IMG/VR virus record: IMGVR_UViG_3300032320_000343 | Span: 1 to 31,466 of that record | DNA length: 31,466 nucleotides | Strand: one strand, 5' to 3' | Source of the DNA: a virus | Taxonomy: Duplodnaviria > Caudoviricetes | Part shown: positions 8,868 to 18,542 of the stretch, in pieces | How the letters are laid out: every line of letters begins with the position of its first letter | How positions within the stretch are numbered: position 1 is the stretch's first letter | Program-made: the position numbers and the translations under genes | Notes under the pieces: generated by a model | What the model was told of the DNA's origin: nothing | Seen by the model: only the letters and a program-made list of their open reading frames with translations | Database searches by the model: none

Positions 8868-11059
8868 TTATTTTCCTCTTGAGTTGCATCAGCTCCAGCG
8901 CCACCAGCTCCAATAGCAAACATAGGTTGGCCTTTAGTTACTACAGATTCTCTCATCTTTGGAGTAACGTCTATGTAGTTTACTTGTGGATTATCGCCAC
9001 CTAAAGATTTTATTGCTTCAGCTTTTGTATCGTATGAGTTGTAATTAATTCCATCTCCAGCATCAACCAAATATTTACCATCTTCAAATGTAATTTGATT
9101 TTCAATATTTACATTGCTTGTTGGGATTTCAGCAACACCAGTCTTAGCATCCCATTTTTTAGCGTACTTGTTTAGGAATTTAGGAAGGATGTCATCGTAA
9201 AAGCCCCTCATGCCTTCGCCGCCTACTTGGAGGTCAAGACCGCTAAATACCTTTGTTACAGACTTACCCATATAATCTTCAGCTACTTTACCCTCACCAT
9301 CAATAATTTTTTTAGCCATGTCTTTTCCGACTAAATCAGGCAACTCTTGTTCTGTTACCTGTTTCCTTAAAACTGGCATATCACTTTTATCAACAGCAAC
9401 AATTTCGTAGTATGGGCCATTACCTAAACCCATAGTTAATTCGTCATCCATTTTTTTATAAGAAAGCTCGTTAATCTGCTTACTCAAATCATATCGATCT
9501 GCCTGAGTCTTGCCAGTCGTAAACGCAATGCGGTCATAGCCGCCTTCGGATGCCATCTGAATAACACGTTTCATAGACAGATCAGACCAAGTGGTTTTAA
9601 ATGGTGCGTTTGGTACGCCATTTTTATTAGCTATAATTTCAGCAGTTACTTTTTCAGATAGCGCCTGTAACTCAGGTTTATCAGCATCGGTTATTTGATT
9701 TTTGCTATCTTTTTCCTTTAATTGCTCGAATCTGCTTCTTTCAGCATTGGTAAGTAAAGATTCTTGATAGCCTTGTTTACGCCCAGCTTGATGCCAATCA
9801 GATTGCACTTCCTCTACAAATAGAGTTTTCTTACCGTCTATTACACGGTCATTAACCCGTATATGGGCTAGGATATTTGGTTCGTCAAAGTGACTAGATT
9901 CAAATTCTTGAGAAAATGGCACTTGTCCATCTGCGCTAGGTTTTTCAAAGTTCTTTCTTGGCAAAGTTAGCAATATCTCGCGATAGTTCTCGCCGCCCGG
10001 TAATGTATAACTAGAGAACTTGGTGTTATCAGCAAACACTTTACCATCTGCTGTTTTAGCAAAGTTTTTAGCAAAATTAGCAGCTTCATTAAAGGAATTA
10101 AAATAATACATTTCACCTTCGCCACCAACTATAAATGTAAAGTCATCAGATCCCTGCTGGTAAATATTACCTACATTAGACTCCCATAAGTCAGGCTCAA
10201 CTTGTCTAAATGTTGGTTCGGGCTGTGCGCCTCCAAGAGTTACTTCTTTAATCTCAACTCGGTTCTTATCTAAGTACTCTTGTACTTCAGCTTTAGTTAC
10301 CGACTTTTTAGATTGCAAAAACTCATCTAAGCCAGTCCATTTAATCTCATCTGGCTTTACGCCTGGAGTCTTGCTAATCTGCGCTAGGAATTGAGCGCCT
10401 GTACCTTTGGGTTGCTGGATTGCATCTACAGCTTGTTTAGCAGCAGAGTAAAAGCCAAGCTCATCCATGCCCTGACCAACAGCCTGAGTGCTCATACCCA
10501 CAGGCATATTCTTAGTAACTTTAATTGCTCTGCCTACCGCTTTAACTCCTTGGATGGCTGCCTCTGGCGCGCCCGGAGCTGGCAGGAATGTACCAATCTC
10601 ACTAGCCATCTTAGCGGTAAACTCACGATCTGCTTGATTGGCTACGCCTTGCGGCACTACCGCTGGTAGGATTTCTTGCATCCGCTCAGTAGTCGGCAAT
10701 ACTGGATTACCCAAATACTTTTGTGCGCCTTCCTTATTAATCATATCTAGGATAGAGCGAATATCGCCAGGCAATCCAAGAGTCTGTGCAGCAGCACCTT
10801 TTAAAGCGCCAGCAAGTGTATCCAATAAAGCAACCAATGGGCGATCTAAACCACCAGCTTTAGCGGATTGCTCAGGGCTGATGCCAGCGCGGCCAACTCT
10901 TACGCCTGTCTGCGGGGTGCCAGCAACCGCACCCATCTCTGGCTGCTTAGGCTCTGCCTCAACCTGTGGGCCCGATACCGTTACCTTACCAGCAGGCACA
11001 ACTTCTTCCGGCATCCGCATGGCATTGGCTAAGTCCCGCATATAAAGTTCGTCTAGCAT
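8864..11059 (-). CDS. Internal virion protein with a conserved-looking enzyme-like domain (EEVQSDW motif)
   Basis: Ejection-protein-like N-terminus, then GFYS..KGTG..GVK.DEI.W, PGGENYRE, SHFDEPN.LAH.R and FVEEVQSDWHQ motifs that I associate with large polyvalent phage proteins. Confidence 0.7.
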   Translation of the reverse strand: MLDELYMRDLANAMRMPEEVVPAGKVTVSGPQVEAEPKQPEMGAVAGTPQTGVRVGRAGISPEQSAKAGGLDRPLVALLDTLAGALKGAAAQTLGLPGDIRSILDMINKEGAQKYLGNPVLPTTERMQEILPAVVPQGVANQADREFTAKMASEIGTFLPAPGAPEAAIQGVKAVGRAIKVTKNMPVGMSTQAVGQGMDELGFYSAAKQAVDAIQQPKGTGAQFLAQISKTPGVKPDEIKWTGLDEFLQSKKSVTKAEVQEYLDKNRVEIKEVTLGGAQPEPTFRQVEPDLWESNVGNIYQQGSDDFTFIVGGEGEMYYFNSFNEAANFAKNFAKTADGKVFADNTKFSSYTLPGGENYREILLTLPRKNFEKPSADGQVPFSQEFESSHFDEPNILAHIRVNDRVIDGKKTLFVEEVQSDWHQAGRKQGYQESLLTNAERSRFEQLKEKDSKNQITDADKPELQALSEKVTAEIIANKNGVPNAPFKTTWSDLSMKRVIQMASEGGYDRIAFTTGKTQADRYDLSKQINELSYKKMDDELTMGLGNGPYYEIVAVDKSDMPVLRKQVTEQELPDLVGKDMAKKIIDGEGKVAEDYMGKSVTKVFSGLDLQVGGEGMRGFYDDILPKFLNKYAKKWDAKTGVAEIPTSNVNIENQITFEDGKYLVDAGDGINYNSYDTKAEAIKSLGGDNPQVNYIDVTPKMRESVVTKGQPMFAIGAGGAGADATQEENK

Positions 11060-11060
11060 C

Positions 11061-12677
11061 TTATAGGCCTTTTTGTATTTTCAATATTGCGTCTGCCTCT
11101 GAGTCGTTAAACCCTCCACGCTTCAAATCTTCTTTGGTATAAGTCTTGCTGCGGTCGTATACCAACTTTTTATCTGTAAATCTTTTTTCAAGTCGCTGCT
11201 GTTTATTTTGATTTTCTTTAATAACTAATTGAGCAGCCTCACTTTTGACTAATACTTGGGCAGCCTCAAAAGGATTGAATGGTTCACCGTTTGCGCGAGC
11301 CTGTTGTTGAAGGGTTTGCAGTTGTGTAGTTAGATCCGCTACTGTTTTCTTTTCCTGACCAAAGCCGGGGGCCATCATATCTGGCACACCAAGAGAGTTT
11401 CGGATCAGCTCACGGGCGCGAGTCATCTCAGGATTATCGTTACGCACTACTTTCTTTAGGTCGTTTGCTTGTTTCCAAGTAATGACTTTACTGTTTGCTA
11501 AGTTATCAAAGTAAGCCTCGCCAACTACTTGACGATCCGCTAAAGATTCAAACTGGCCATACAGCATTGCGTTAGCTCCAGGCCCTTCTCCAGTAATAAG
11601 CGCTTTACGCTGCTCATCTGGCAAAGTAATTCCAAGAGCTTTAGCTTGATTCAGAACTTGCTGACCACTAATTTTGCCAGCATAAAACTCATCTTGAATA
11701 GCGTTCATTTTATCTGCATTAACAGATGCGTTTAATTTGCTTGTGCGCTCCCATGCAGTAGCTACTTCACCTGTACGGTCTACGTACATCTTCATTAACT
11801 TGTCTTTATTAACGCGAGTCATTACGCGATCTAGCTGGCCAAAGTCACCAGCCTGCATCTTACGTAATCCATCTACAGGATTCTTAGCAAAGTCTGGGCT
11901 AATCGTGTAATCCACAATCGCACCCATCAAGGCGCGGTCAAAGTCTGCGCGTTTCTCAGCAAAGAAAACTGGATCGTTTGTTTGCCCTGCAACATCAAAT
12001 ACACGTTGGCGCTCAACTAAGATACGCTCTGCCAACAGAACTGGATCTTTCTCAACTCGGATCAGATCAGCAATGATAGTAGGTGTCTGCGAGATTAAAT
12101 CATCTGCATTGGCTTTTACTTGCTCGCCATAAATCTTGTAGGCTCGGTCTGCTGCCTTAGCGAATACAGGAGCTCCAGCGCTACCAGCAGATGCCCTAAA
12201 CTTTAGACCTTCTTCTGGTGAGATGCTGGATATAGCTCTGCCGTATCCATCGGTAATAGCTTTAATCTGAGTCTGTACGTCTTTTAAATTAAACGAACCA
12301 GCATCAACCATGCCGCTGAGACGCGAGAACTCATTACGTACTTTTACTTCCAATTCATTACGCAGTTGACCAGCTTGTACTTTACGAGCTGCATTGCCGA
12401 ATGTAGTGCCAGGCTCTGCAAACAATTCCTGTGGACTTCTGCCGCCTTCCATAGCAGCCATAACCTGCTCTGCGCTTGGCTGGTTCTCTGCGCCGTATTG
12501 CAAGCCTTCGCGCTCTGCCTGCTCCTCAGCTTTCTTAAATGCAAACTGGGATACGCGATCTAGCGCAGATGTAATTGTACTTAGCTGTGCAGCAGATTCT
12601 TTTACGTCAGCACGATCTAAACGTGGGATATCAGCAGGTAAAAAACCTGTTGGCTGGTAGAGTGGGAGCGTTGCCAT
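11061..12677 (-). CDS. Internal virion protein (gp15-like position)
   Basis: 538-aa helical protein starting MATLPLYQP, within the ejection gene cluster. Confidence 0.7.
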   Translation of the reverse strand: MATLPLYQPTGFLPADIPRLDRADVKESAAQLSTITSALDRVSQFAFKKAEEQAEREGLQYGAENQPSAEQVMAAMEGGRSPQELFAEPGTTFGNAARKVQAGQLRNELEVKVRNEFSRLSGMVDAGSFNLKDVQTQIKAITDGYGRAISSISPEEGLKFRASAGSAGAPVFAKAADRAYKIYGEQVKANADDLISQTPTIIADLIRVEKDPVLLAERILVERQRVFDVAGQTNDPVFFAEKRADFDRALMGAIVDYTISPDFAKNPVDGLRKMQAGDFGQLDRVMTRVNKDKLMKMYVDRTGEVATAWERTSKLNASVNADKMNAIQDEFYAGKISGQQVLNQAKALGITLPDEQRKALITGEGPGANAMLYGQFESLADRQVVGEAYFDNLANSKVITWKQANDLKKVVRNDNPEMTRARELIRNSLGVPDMMAPGFGQEKKTVADLTTQLQTLQQQARANGEPFNPFEAAQVLVKSEAAQLVIKENQNKQQRLEKRFTDKKLVYDRSKTYTKEDLKRGGFNDSEADAILKIQKGL

Positions 12678-12686
12678 ATTTAACCT

Positions 12687-13181
12687 TTAGGACATAGAGT
12701 AAGGGGTGCTCATGTCTGTTACTGGCGCGGGTGTACTAGGCGCTCCACCAAGAGACCCATAAGATGCCGCAGCCATACCCAATTTACCAGCAGCATTAAA
12801 GTAGCCTGTGCGCTCTGCTGTAGATCCGGCTGACTCATACAAGCTGGCTTGGATCAATCCATTACGGCGCTGGCTGTCTGCGCCAGATAAAGCAAACGCA
12901 AACTCTTTACCGCCCCTAGTATTATTGACAGACTGTATCAAACCAGCAGATCCCTCAAAGGCGTTTACACCTCCAGCAAAGCCACGGGCAATCACAGCTG
13001 CGTTAGCCATATTAGTGCGTTGCAATATTTGATTTGCTTGAAACTCGTACTGGATAGCCTTGCGCTCAGTTTCAACGCGAGTCTGAGCTGCTACCTGATT
13101 GTAGTAATTTTTCTTATCTTGGCCTTCTTTGATTGAGCCGTAGGCCGATAATACAGTTAAGGCTATCGCAACTGCTGCCAT
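12687..13181 (-). CDS. Internal virion protein (gp14-like)
   Basis: 164 aa, hydrophobic Ala/Gly N-terminus and A..A.GV..EGS motif, directly after the nozzle gene. Confidence 0.7.
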   Translation of the reverse strand: MAAVAIALTVLSAYGSIKEGQDKKNYYNQVAAQTRVETERKAIQYEFQANQILQRTNMANAAVIARGFAGGVNAFEGSAGLIQSVNNTRGGKEFAFALSGADSQRRNGLIQASLYESAGSTAERTGYFNAAGKLGMAAASYGSLGGAPSTPAPVTDMSTPYSMS

Positions 13182-13182
13182 G

Positions 13183-15171
13183 CTATGTCCCCTGATGTGT
13201 AGCTACTTTGTACTCCATACCCAATAAAGTCATCTTTAAAGGTATGTCCTGAGATATCGTAATTTTAGCCTCTTGCGAATAACCCAAGATGCCATGTAAT
13301 GTTTTAGTTCCAGTAAAGGCCGCAACTGGCTGATCCAAGATGTCGCCAAAAGCGCGGAATGGGATCTGCGTACCGTTAATCTTCATGTGTTGCGTATTTG
13401 CAACAAGTGCATTTACCTCAACAATGCGCTTCTTAAAGCCAAGGCGTGTACCTGTTTGCAACTTTAAATCAACTGGCATAGTGCGAGCCTCAACTGCAAT
13501 AGGTAGTCCAATCTCATAAGAGGATGCGGTAGCTCTAGGCAGGGTTACAGTACCGCCAGCAGGCACAGCTTGGTTAGCTTGTACTGAGCCATCCTCAAGG
13601 ATGTTAACGGTCTCAGTCGCTAGGTGCGCCATCGTTACTGTGCTTACTACGCCTGTGCCAGTTTTGGCTGAGTCGGTTAGTAAGTCGTTATCAAATACTT
13701 CTACATAGTATTGGTTTACGTTATTTACATTGCGGCGCACAATGGTATATATCGTTGATATATCCACGCTGACATCGATGTAAGCGCCATCTACTGTAAT
13801 GAACTCGGATGGGGCGATGACGTTCTGTGCGCGTAGCAGGGAGAATACGGCCATTGTGCCATCGTTAGAGTTGGTCATCAAAAGCAAATCATTCTCATCT
13901 GTAGCTACAGACCTACGCAAAGCTATGCGAGTTGGCCCTTTGAGTAGATGGCCAGCAAGTAATGATATTTTCTGAGTAACGTAGGTAGCCTGAGTATCGG
14001 TATACGCAAACTCATTAAGTGACTTACCTTGACGCTGAATAAATAAAGTGCCTGACTCTAGCTGCTGTACCCGTACACCCTGCTGAGTGCCGTTACGACT
14101 AGCTGTCTTAACAAAGAAGTTGGTAGGGGTAATTGGCTCTAAGCCAGACTGCGGAACGTAGAACTCACCGCCAGTTGTAAACACCTGCAAGTCGCGACCA
14201 GAGATAATATCTACGATTGCGTTAAATGTATTGGTGTCTAGCGTTGCCTCAACTGCGTCATCGTCTAAACCTTCAGTAGCCTCAAAATCAAAAAAGAGGC
14301 CAACCTTAGAACCCCATATAGTACTAGGGCGAGACTTAGAGCCACCAAAGTACAAACGACCTTCATGGAAAGTAACAGCGCGAGGCCAACCTTTTCCAGC
14401 AGACCATACATCTTCGTAACCATATTCATAGTCCCATTGTCCATTTGCTATAGCAGACGTATTAAAAAACGGAAACTCAGTAATTGCATCTACTGATGTA
14501 CCTGAGTTATAGCGCACAATCTTAGCGCGACCTTGGGGCTGGGCATTGACATATTGGCCTACAGATCCAGCAACAAACACGCTAGAGGATGCGGTCAAAG
14601 TCACCTTGCCGGATACAGCGGATGGTGTCAGAGTACCAGCAGGATTACTAACTGATATTGAAAATGGGTATTTAGGAATAGAGTCAAACGTAATTGCGCT
14701 GGCTGTCCAAAGAGAATCACTAGCTCCACGAACAATCCTTATAGGCGCAACATCAGGATGCACCACAATTAACGTATCAGCCGATTGAGTCCATACAATA
14801 TTGTTTAGGGTAGATCCAGTAAGGCCAACCGCCAAATACGGATTGCCTGTACCGTTAATGTTAGTAATTAAAGCTCTATTCTTAAATACGTACATCCGAT
14901 TATGCGTAAAGCACAGCATATAACTGTCAGATGTAGAGAACTCAAACTCAACTAAGCGCACACCGTTAGCAGCAGACTCAGCCCCAGCATTAGGTAGAGC
15001 TGTAATGTAACGCGAGCCTGGTCTACGGCGAATACCGCCTTGTGGCTGGCAGACTACGTTAGTTGCTTTCTCTAGTGCATTTGCGTATGCAGTTAAATCC
15101 ACACGGGCGCGGAGCAATGGGTCAAGCTCACCCGTAGAAAAGTTGGTTTGTATGCTTACAAAGCGACTCAT
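13183..15171 (-). CDS. Tail tubular protein B / nozzle (T7 gp12-like)
   Basis: QTNFSTGELDP.L.AR.D, QGG..RRPG, QSADTL and GWP..VTFHEGRL.FGG motifs. Confidence 0.9.
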   Translation of the reverse strand: MSRFVSIQTNFSTGELDPLLRARVDLTAYANALEKATNVVCQPQGGIRRRPGSRYITALPNAGAESAANGVRLVEFEFSTSDSYMLCFTHNRMYVFKNRALITNINGTGNPYLAVGLTGSTLNNIVWTQSADTLIVVHPDVAPIRIVRGASDSLWTASAITFDSIPKYPFSISVSNPAGTLTPSAVSGKVTLTASSSVFVAGSVGQYVNAQPQGRAKIVRYNSGTSVDAITEFPFFNTSAIANGQWDYEYGYEDVWSAGKGWPRAVTFHEGRLYFGGSKSRPSTIWGSKVGLFFDFEATEGLDDDAVEATLDTNTFNAIVDIISGRDLQVFTTGGEFYVPQSGLEPITPTNFFVKTASRNGTQQGVRVQQLESGTLFIQRQGKSLNEFAYTDTQATYVTQKISLLAGHLLKGPTRIALRRSVATDENDLLLMTNSNDGTMAVFSLLRAQNVIAPSEFITVDGAYIDVSVDISTIYTIVRRNVNNVNQYYVEVFDNDLLTDSAKTGTGVVSTVTMAHLATETVNILEDGSVQANQAVPAGGTVTLPRATASSYEIGLPIAVEARTMPVDLKLQTGTRLGFKKRIVEVNALVANTQHMKINGTQIPFRAFGDILDQPVAAFTGTKTLHGILGYSQEAKITISQDIPLKMTLLGMEYKVATHQGT

Positions 15172-15785
15172 TAATACCTCACAGCAATTAGTGAGAAGTC
15201 ATTTATAGCGTTAGTCGGATTGCCAGCGCCATCAATATTCATAGCCTGACGCAGATAGCCACCGCGGCCATTCTCGCTTGGGCCACCTGTAGCTACAGAC
15301 TGCCAGTACTGGCTCTTATCTGTTTGGTCTGTAATAGGCAAAGCAAGATGCCAAGTCATCATATATTTTAGGAGCTGCACAAAATAGCTAGGCATCTCAA
15401 ACTCAGGCACCGAGTACTGATAGTCAATGTAGACCTGCTCGTAATCTGCCAATAGTTTGTCGCCAATAATGCGATACTCTTTGCGCGGAGGGATGTTGGT
15501 AGCGTTGGTATCGTAGATAGCTCTAGGACTCGTTAAACGGTCTCCAGGCAGTTGATACTCATAACGGTACTCATTGACAGGCGTAGTAATCAAACGCGCT
15601 ATAGATGTCTTTTTATAGCTAAAAGACCAAGGGTACATAAGTAGCGCTTGATCCTTAATATCTGGGTATAAACGGTTGGCAACTGAGGCTTCATCTGTGC
15701 CTTCATCAAAAGACGAAATCGGCTTTGCGCCGAGCATCAACAAAGCATCAGAACAGATCGAGAGAGCGGTATCGCCAGCTGCCAT
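15171..15785 (-). CDS. Tail tubular protein A / adaptor (T7 gp11-like)
   Basis: ICSDAL..LGA.PI.SF, YPWSF and YQLP.D motifs; upstream of the nozzle gene. Confidence 0.9.
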   Translation of the reverse strand: MAAGDTALSICSDALLMLGAKPISSFDEGTDEASVANRLYPDIKDQALLMYPWSFSYKKTSIARLITTPVNEYRYEYQLPGDRLTSPRAIYDTNATNIPPRKEYRIIGDKLLADYEQVYIDYQYSVPEFEMPSYFVQLLKYMMTWHLALPITDQTDKSQYWQSVATGGPSENGRGGYLRQAMNIDGAGNPTNAINDFSLIAVRY

Positions 15786-15803
15786 TTACTTCTCCAATGT
15801 AAG

Positions 15804-15840
15804 AATGGGCCACCACCGAGAAACTCAGTAATGGCCCATT
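15804..15840 (-). terminator. 17-bp hairpin after the capsid genes (terminator or processing site)
   Basis: - strand AATGGGCCATTACTGAG-TTT-CTCGGTGGTGGCCCATT pairs fully with three G-U wobbles; the U-tail is weak (ATTCTT). Confidence 0.7.
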
Positions 15841-15856
15841 TTATTACTAAATGCGA

Positions 15857-16135
15857 TTAATCGCCGTCAGTATTTGCCAAAGTTGTACCATCGTTTACGT
15901 CAACAACGCCAGAGGCGTTAGAAAGAACATAAACCAAAGTAGCAACAGCGGTAGTACCAGTAGAGGTTACGCAATAAATCAAGTCGCCAACGCTGAGGAT
16001 GGTTGACAAGCTATTGAAGTAACCCTCAGTATTTACAGTCGCGATTGAGTCGGTTGTTTTATAAGCATACATCGATGGGGCTGACCCAGCTTTGGATGCG
16101 GCGATGGTTGTAAAACCAGATTCTGCATATGCCAT
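15857..16135 (-). CDS. Putative capsid decoration / minor head protein
   Basis: 92-aa beta-rich protein (Y.T.D...V...GYFN...L.VGDLI) right after the major capsid gene; RBS AGGAG. Confidence 0.7.
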   Translation of the reverse strand: MAYAESGFTTIAASKAGSAPSMYAYKTTDSIATVNTEGYFNSLSTILSVGDLIYCVTSTGTTAVATLVYVLSNASGVVDVNDGTTLANTDGD

Positions 16136-16148
16136 ATTAAGCTCCTAA

Positions 16149-16994
16149 TTAAGCAGTTTCGCGTGCTGTGATTTTAATGATACCCTCAGCATCGATAGCA
16201 ATAGCACCAGCAGAGAATACAGAGTTCACTAGGAACGATGTCTTTTCTGGGATGTAATTTACTTCGGTGCGAGGAGCGATACCTTCAGCGTAGCCGATAG
16301 CGTCCTTGTGGAAAGCAAAGCAAGTACGATCCAAGCTGCCATCAATAGCCAAGCCACCTTCAGAGCGGTCACCCATTACATGGAAAGTAAAGCCTAAGAA
16401 AGTATTAATCTCACCGCTTACCAAAGCCTTAACGGTATTGAAGTCAGAGCTGGTTACAGCTGTCTCAGACAACAAAGATGCCAAGCCAGATGCGTGGAGA
16501 ATAATGTGACGGCCTTCTGGCGGTACGTTATTCTTGTCAAGCAAACGCTTTGCATCGCGCAGTTTAGCTACGTTAAGGTTGGTATCGCTACCACCGATAT
16601 CGTTGCTAACTGTGCCTGTGCCACTTGCAGCTGTCAAAGCATCCAGAATCAACTGGTCTTGACGGCGGCCAATAGCGTTGCCCAATACTTGTACGAGCTC
16701 TTGACGCTCATCAAAGTTGACTTTAGCTTGGCTGAAAATATCGCTATATTCAGCAGCGTTCCAATCTTGCAATGTGCAAGTTACATTGGAAAAGCCTACG
16801 TTTAATGGGGTTACATCGGATTGAGTAATGCGTGGAGTTGCTACACCACGGCCAACTTTAGGAAACTTAACGGTAGAGCCTTCTACTCCTCTGCGCTGAC
16901 GTACAGCACCAACCAGCATAGCCTTGCCCTGGTAGGCCTGTTTTACCTCAGCATCAAATAGAGTTACAAAGGCGTTCGATAATTGAACTGACAT
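16149..16994 (-). CDS. Major capsid protein
   Basis: FVTLFDAEVKQAYQ, GRRQDQLI, LVSGEINTFLGF and YIPEK motifs; strong RBS AGGAG; follows the scaffold gene. Confidence 0.92.
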   Translation of the reverse strand: MSVQLSNAFVTLFDAEVKQAYQGKAMLVGAVRQRRGVEGSTVKFPKVGRGVATPRITQSDVTPLNVGFSNVTCTLQDWNAAEYSDIFSQAKVNFDERQELVQVLGNAIGRRQDQLILDALTAASGTGTVSNDIGGSDTNLNVAKLRDAKRLLDKNNVPPEGRHIILHASGLASLLSETAVTSSDFNTVKALVSGEINTFLGFTFHVMGDRSEGGLAIDGSLDRTCFAFHKDAIGYAEGIAPRTEVNYIPEKTSFLVNSVFSAGAIAIDAEGIIKITARETA

Positions 16995-17040
16995 TTGAAC
17001 TTCTCCTGATAGATAAACAAAAATTAAAGGTTTATTGCTT

Positions 17041-17134
17041 CGGTTAGCCTGTTTCGCAGGGCCGTATGCTTGCCAGTTACGCCAGCCAATCGACAGAGAT
17101 ATCTGTATTAAGGGTCAATTAAATGATATGCCTT
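17041..17134 (-). ncRNA. Candidate structured 5' leader of the capsid mRNA
   Basis: Hairpins AAGG-CATA-TCA..TGA-C-CCTT (17110-17134), ACAGA-TATC-TCTGT and CGG-C-CCTG-CGAAA-CAGG-CTAA-CCG (17041-17064) in a 255-bp intergenic gap. Confidence 0.45.
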
Positions 17135-17140
17135 ATGGAG

Positions 17141-17169
17141 TTTCTAGCAGAACTGTTACTAAAACACAA
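17141..17169 (-). promoter_or_regulatory. Putative sigma70-type promoter for the capsid gene
   Basis: TTGTGT-N17-TAGAAA with extended -10 TGn, just downstream of the scaffold terminator. Confidence 0.55.
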
Positions 17170-17197
17170 CACCTTGTGCAAATATTTTTATAGGCGT

Positions 17198-17226
17198 AAA
17201 AAAACCCCGGCCGTACTGCGCCGGGG
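17198..17226 (-). terminator. Rho-independent terminator after the scaffold gene
   Basis: CCCCGGC-GCAGTACG-GCCGGGG-TTTTTTT. Confidence 0.88.
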
Positions 17227-17249
17227 CAAGCCACTCCCGTGAAGGATAT

Positions 17250-18026
17250 TTATTGACCGAAAGTAGAGTTAAACATCTTCTCCACCTTGGCTCGGTATGC
17301 TGGGTCGGTCTTGTACTTAGGATCCGCTACCATCTGATAGAGCTCATCCTTAGATGGCGCTCCCTCAACTGGCATGGACTGGGTAGGAATCCGAGTACCC
17401 TCGTAAGCCTCCCGTACTTTAGCTAGAGCTTTTAAGCCCTTGGCTGTGCCGCCCATATACTTAAATTCTTCAAAGTCATCTTTACCCCAGATGCCTTTGT
17501 TTACTAGCCCACGCGCCCAGTCTGTCATGCCTTTGATTACAACATCGGCATTAGGGCCTAGAGCTGCGCGCTCTTGCTCAATGGTGCGCTGGCCTTGCTC
17601 GACCTGCTCGCCACCCATTTTAACAACTTCACCGACCAAAGTATCTAGCGCGGCTTGCGATACGCCATACTCCTTAGCCCAGTTTAATACGTGTCCTTTT
17701 ACTGGATCTGTATCAGGGATATTTCCAAATGCGGATACATCGTATTTGCCGTCAGCCGGAGCTTTGTGTTTGCCTTGGCTAATCTGCTTACGCAGGTCAG
17801 ACCATGACTTTGCAATGCCCTCTAAGTCTGGCTCAGTAGTGTCTTTTTTCCAAAAGTTCTCTGGCCACCAATCGGGTCTTTCTAGGGGAGAATCATCTTC
17901 TTGTGGCGCCAAATGGCTTATTGCTGTGCTATTTGGGTCTTGTTGCTCTACGGCATTACTGTCATCAACTGTTGCTGAATCCAATAGGCCGCTTTCTGCT
18001 GCGGGTTGGTTCGCTTCGTCATTCAT
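17250..18026 (-). CDS. Capsid assembly scaffolding protein
   Basis: Acidic N-terminus, ERPDW.PE.FW and C-terminal DPKY..DPAYRAKVE motifs; between portal and capsid genes. Confidence 0.85.
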   Translation of the reverse strand: MNDEANQPAAESGLLDSATVDDSNAVEQQDPNSTAISHLAPQEDDSPLERPDWWPENFWKKDTTEPDLEGIAKSWSDLRKQISQGKHKAPADGKYDVSAFGNIPDTDPVKGHVLNWAKEYGVSQAALDTLVGEVVKMGGEQVEQGQRTIEQERAALGPNADVVIKGMTDWARGLVNKGIWGKDDFEEFKYMGGTAKGLKALAKVREAYEGTRIPTQSMPVEGAPSKDELYQMVADPKYKTDPAYRAKVEKMFNSTFGQ

Positions 18027-18038
18027 GGTTACATTTTC

Positions 18039-18542
18039 CTATTTAGTTTGAGAATGTGCGCGCATTAGCCTTTCTACGAATGATTTTGATACATTCAATG
18101 TATTGCAAATATCGCGCACTTTTACACCAGACTTACGCATTTCATACGTTTTTAGTCTAATGTGCTCTGGCTTGGTTTTCCATGCTACCTTGCCAAGAAC
18201 ATTGTATGAGTGATGCTCATTTTCAGAAGATGTACACCACTCTAAATTTTCAACACAATTATTTAATTTGTTTCCATCTTTGTGGTTTACAAATGGTTTG
18301 TTTAATGGGTTTTCAATAAATGCTTGAGCAACCAATCTATGAACTCTTGCCCTTTTTACAACCTTTCCCAAAGACAAATTAACGCGGCGATAACCGCAAA
18401 TAATTTCGCCGTTTATATAATTCCACTTTTTAGCCTTAAACCTTATAACTGATCCATCTGCGCTTACGGCATATTTGCCGTCTGTATTTGGAATGTTTTT
18501 TACAAGCTGGTTTACAAATTCTTTGCTTTTTGCATTTTCCAT
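18039..18542 (-). CDS. HNH free-standing homing endonuclease
   Basis: KYAVS..G.V, RVHRLVAQAFI.NP.NKP.VNHKDGNKLNN...NLEWCT.SEN and a C-terminal HTH; visibly AT-rich. Confidence 0.92.
   Translation of the reverse strand: MENAKSKEFVNQLVKNIPNTDGKYAVSADGSVIRFKAKKWNYINGEIICGYRRVNLSLGKVVKRARVHRLVAQAFIENPLNKPFVNHKDGNKLNNCVENLEWCTSSENEHHSYNVLGKVAWKTKPEHIRLKTYEMRKSGVKVRDICNTLNVSKSFVERLMRAHSQTK

Noticed and set aside
16136-16160. T7-style capsid frameshift or read-through into the next gene
   Set aside because: No slippery sequence, a second in-frame TAA follows, and the next gene has its own RBS.
18027-18041. HNH-scaffold fusion by TAG read-through (the two are in frame, 12 nt apart)
   Set aside because: A one-in-three chance event; the scaffold has its own RBS and there is no sign of TAG recoding elsewhere.
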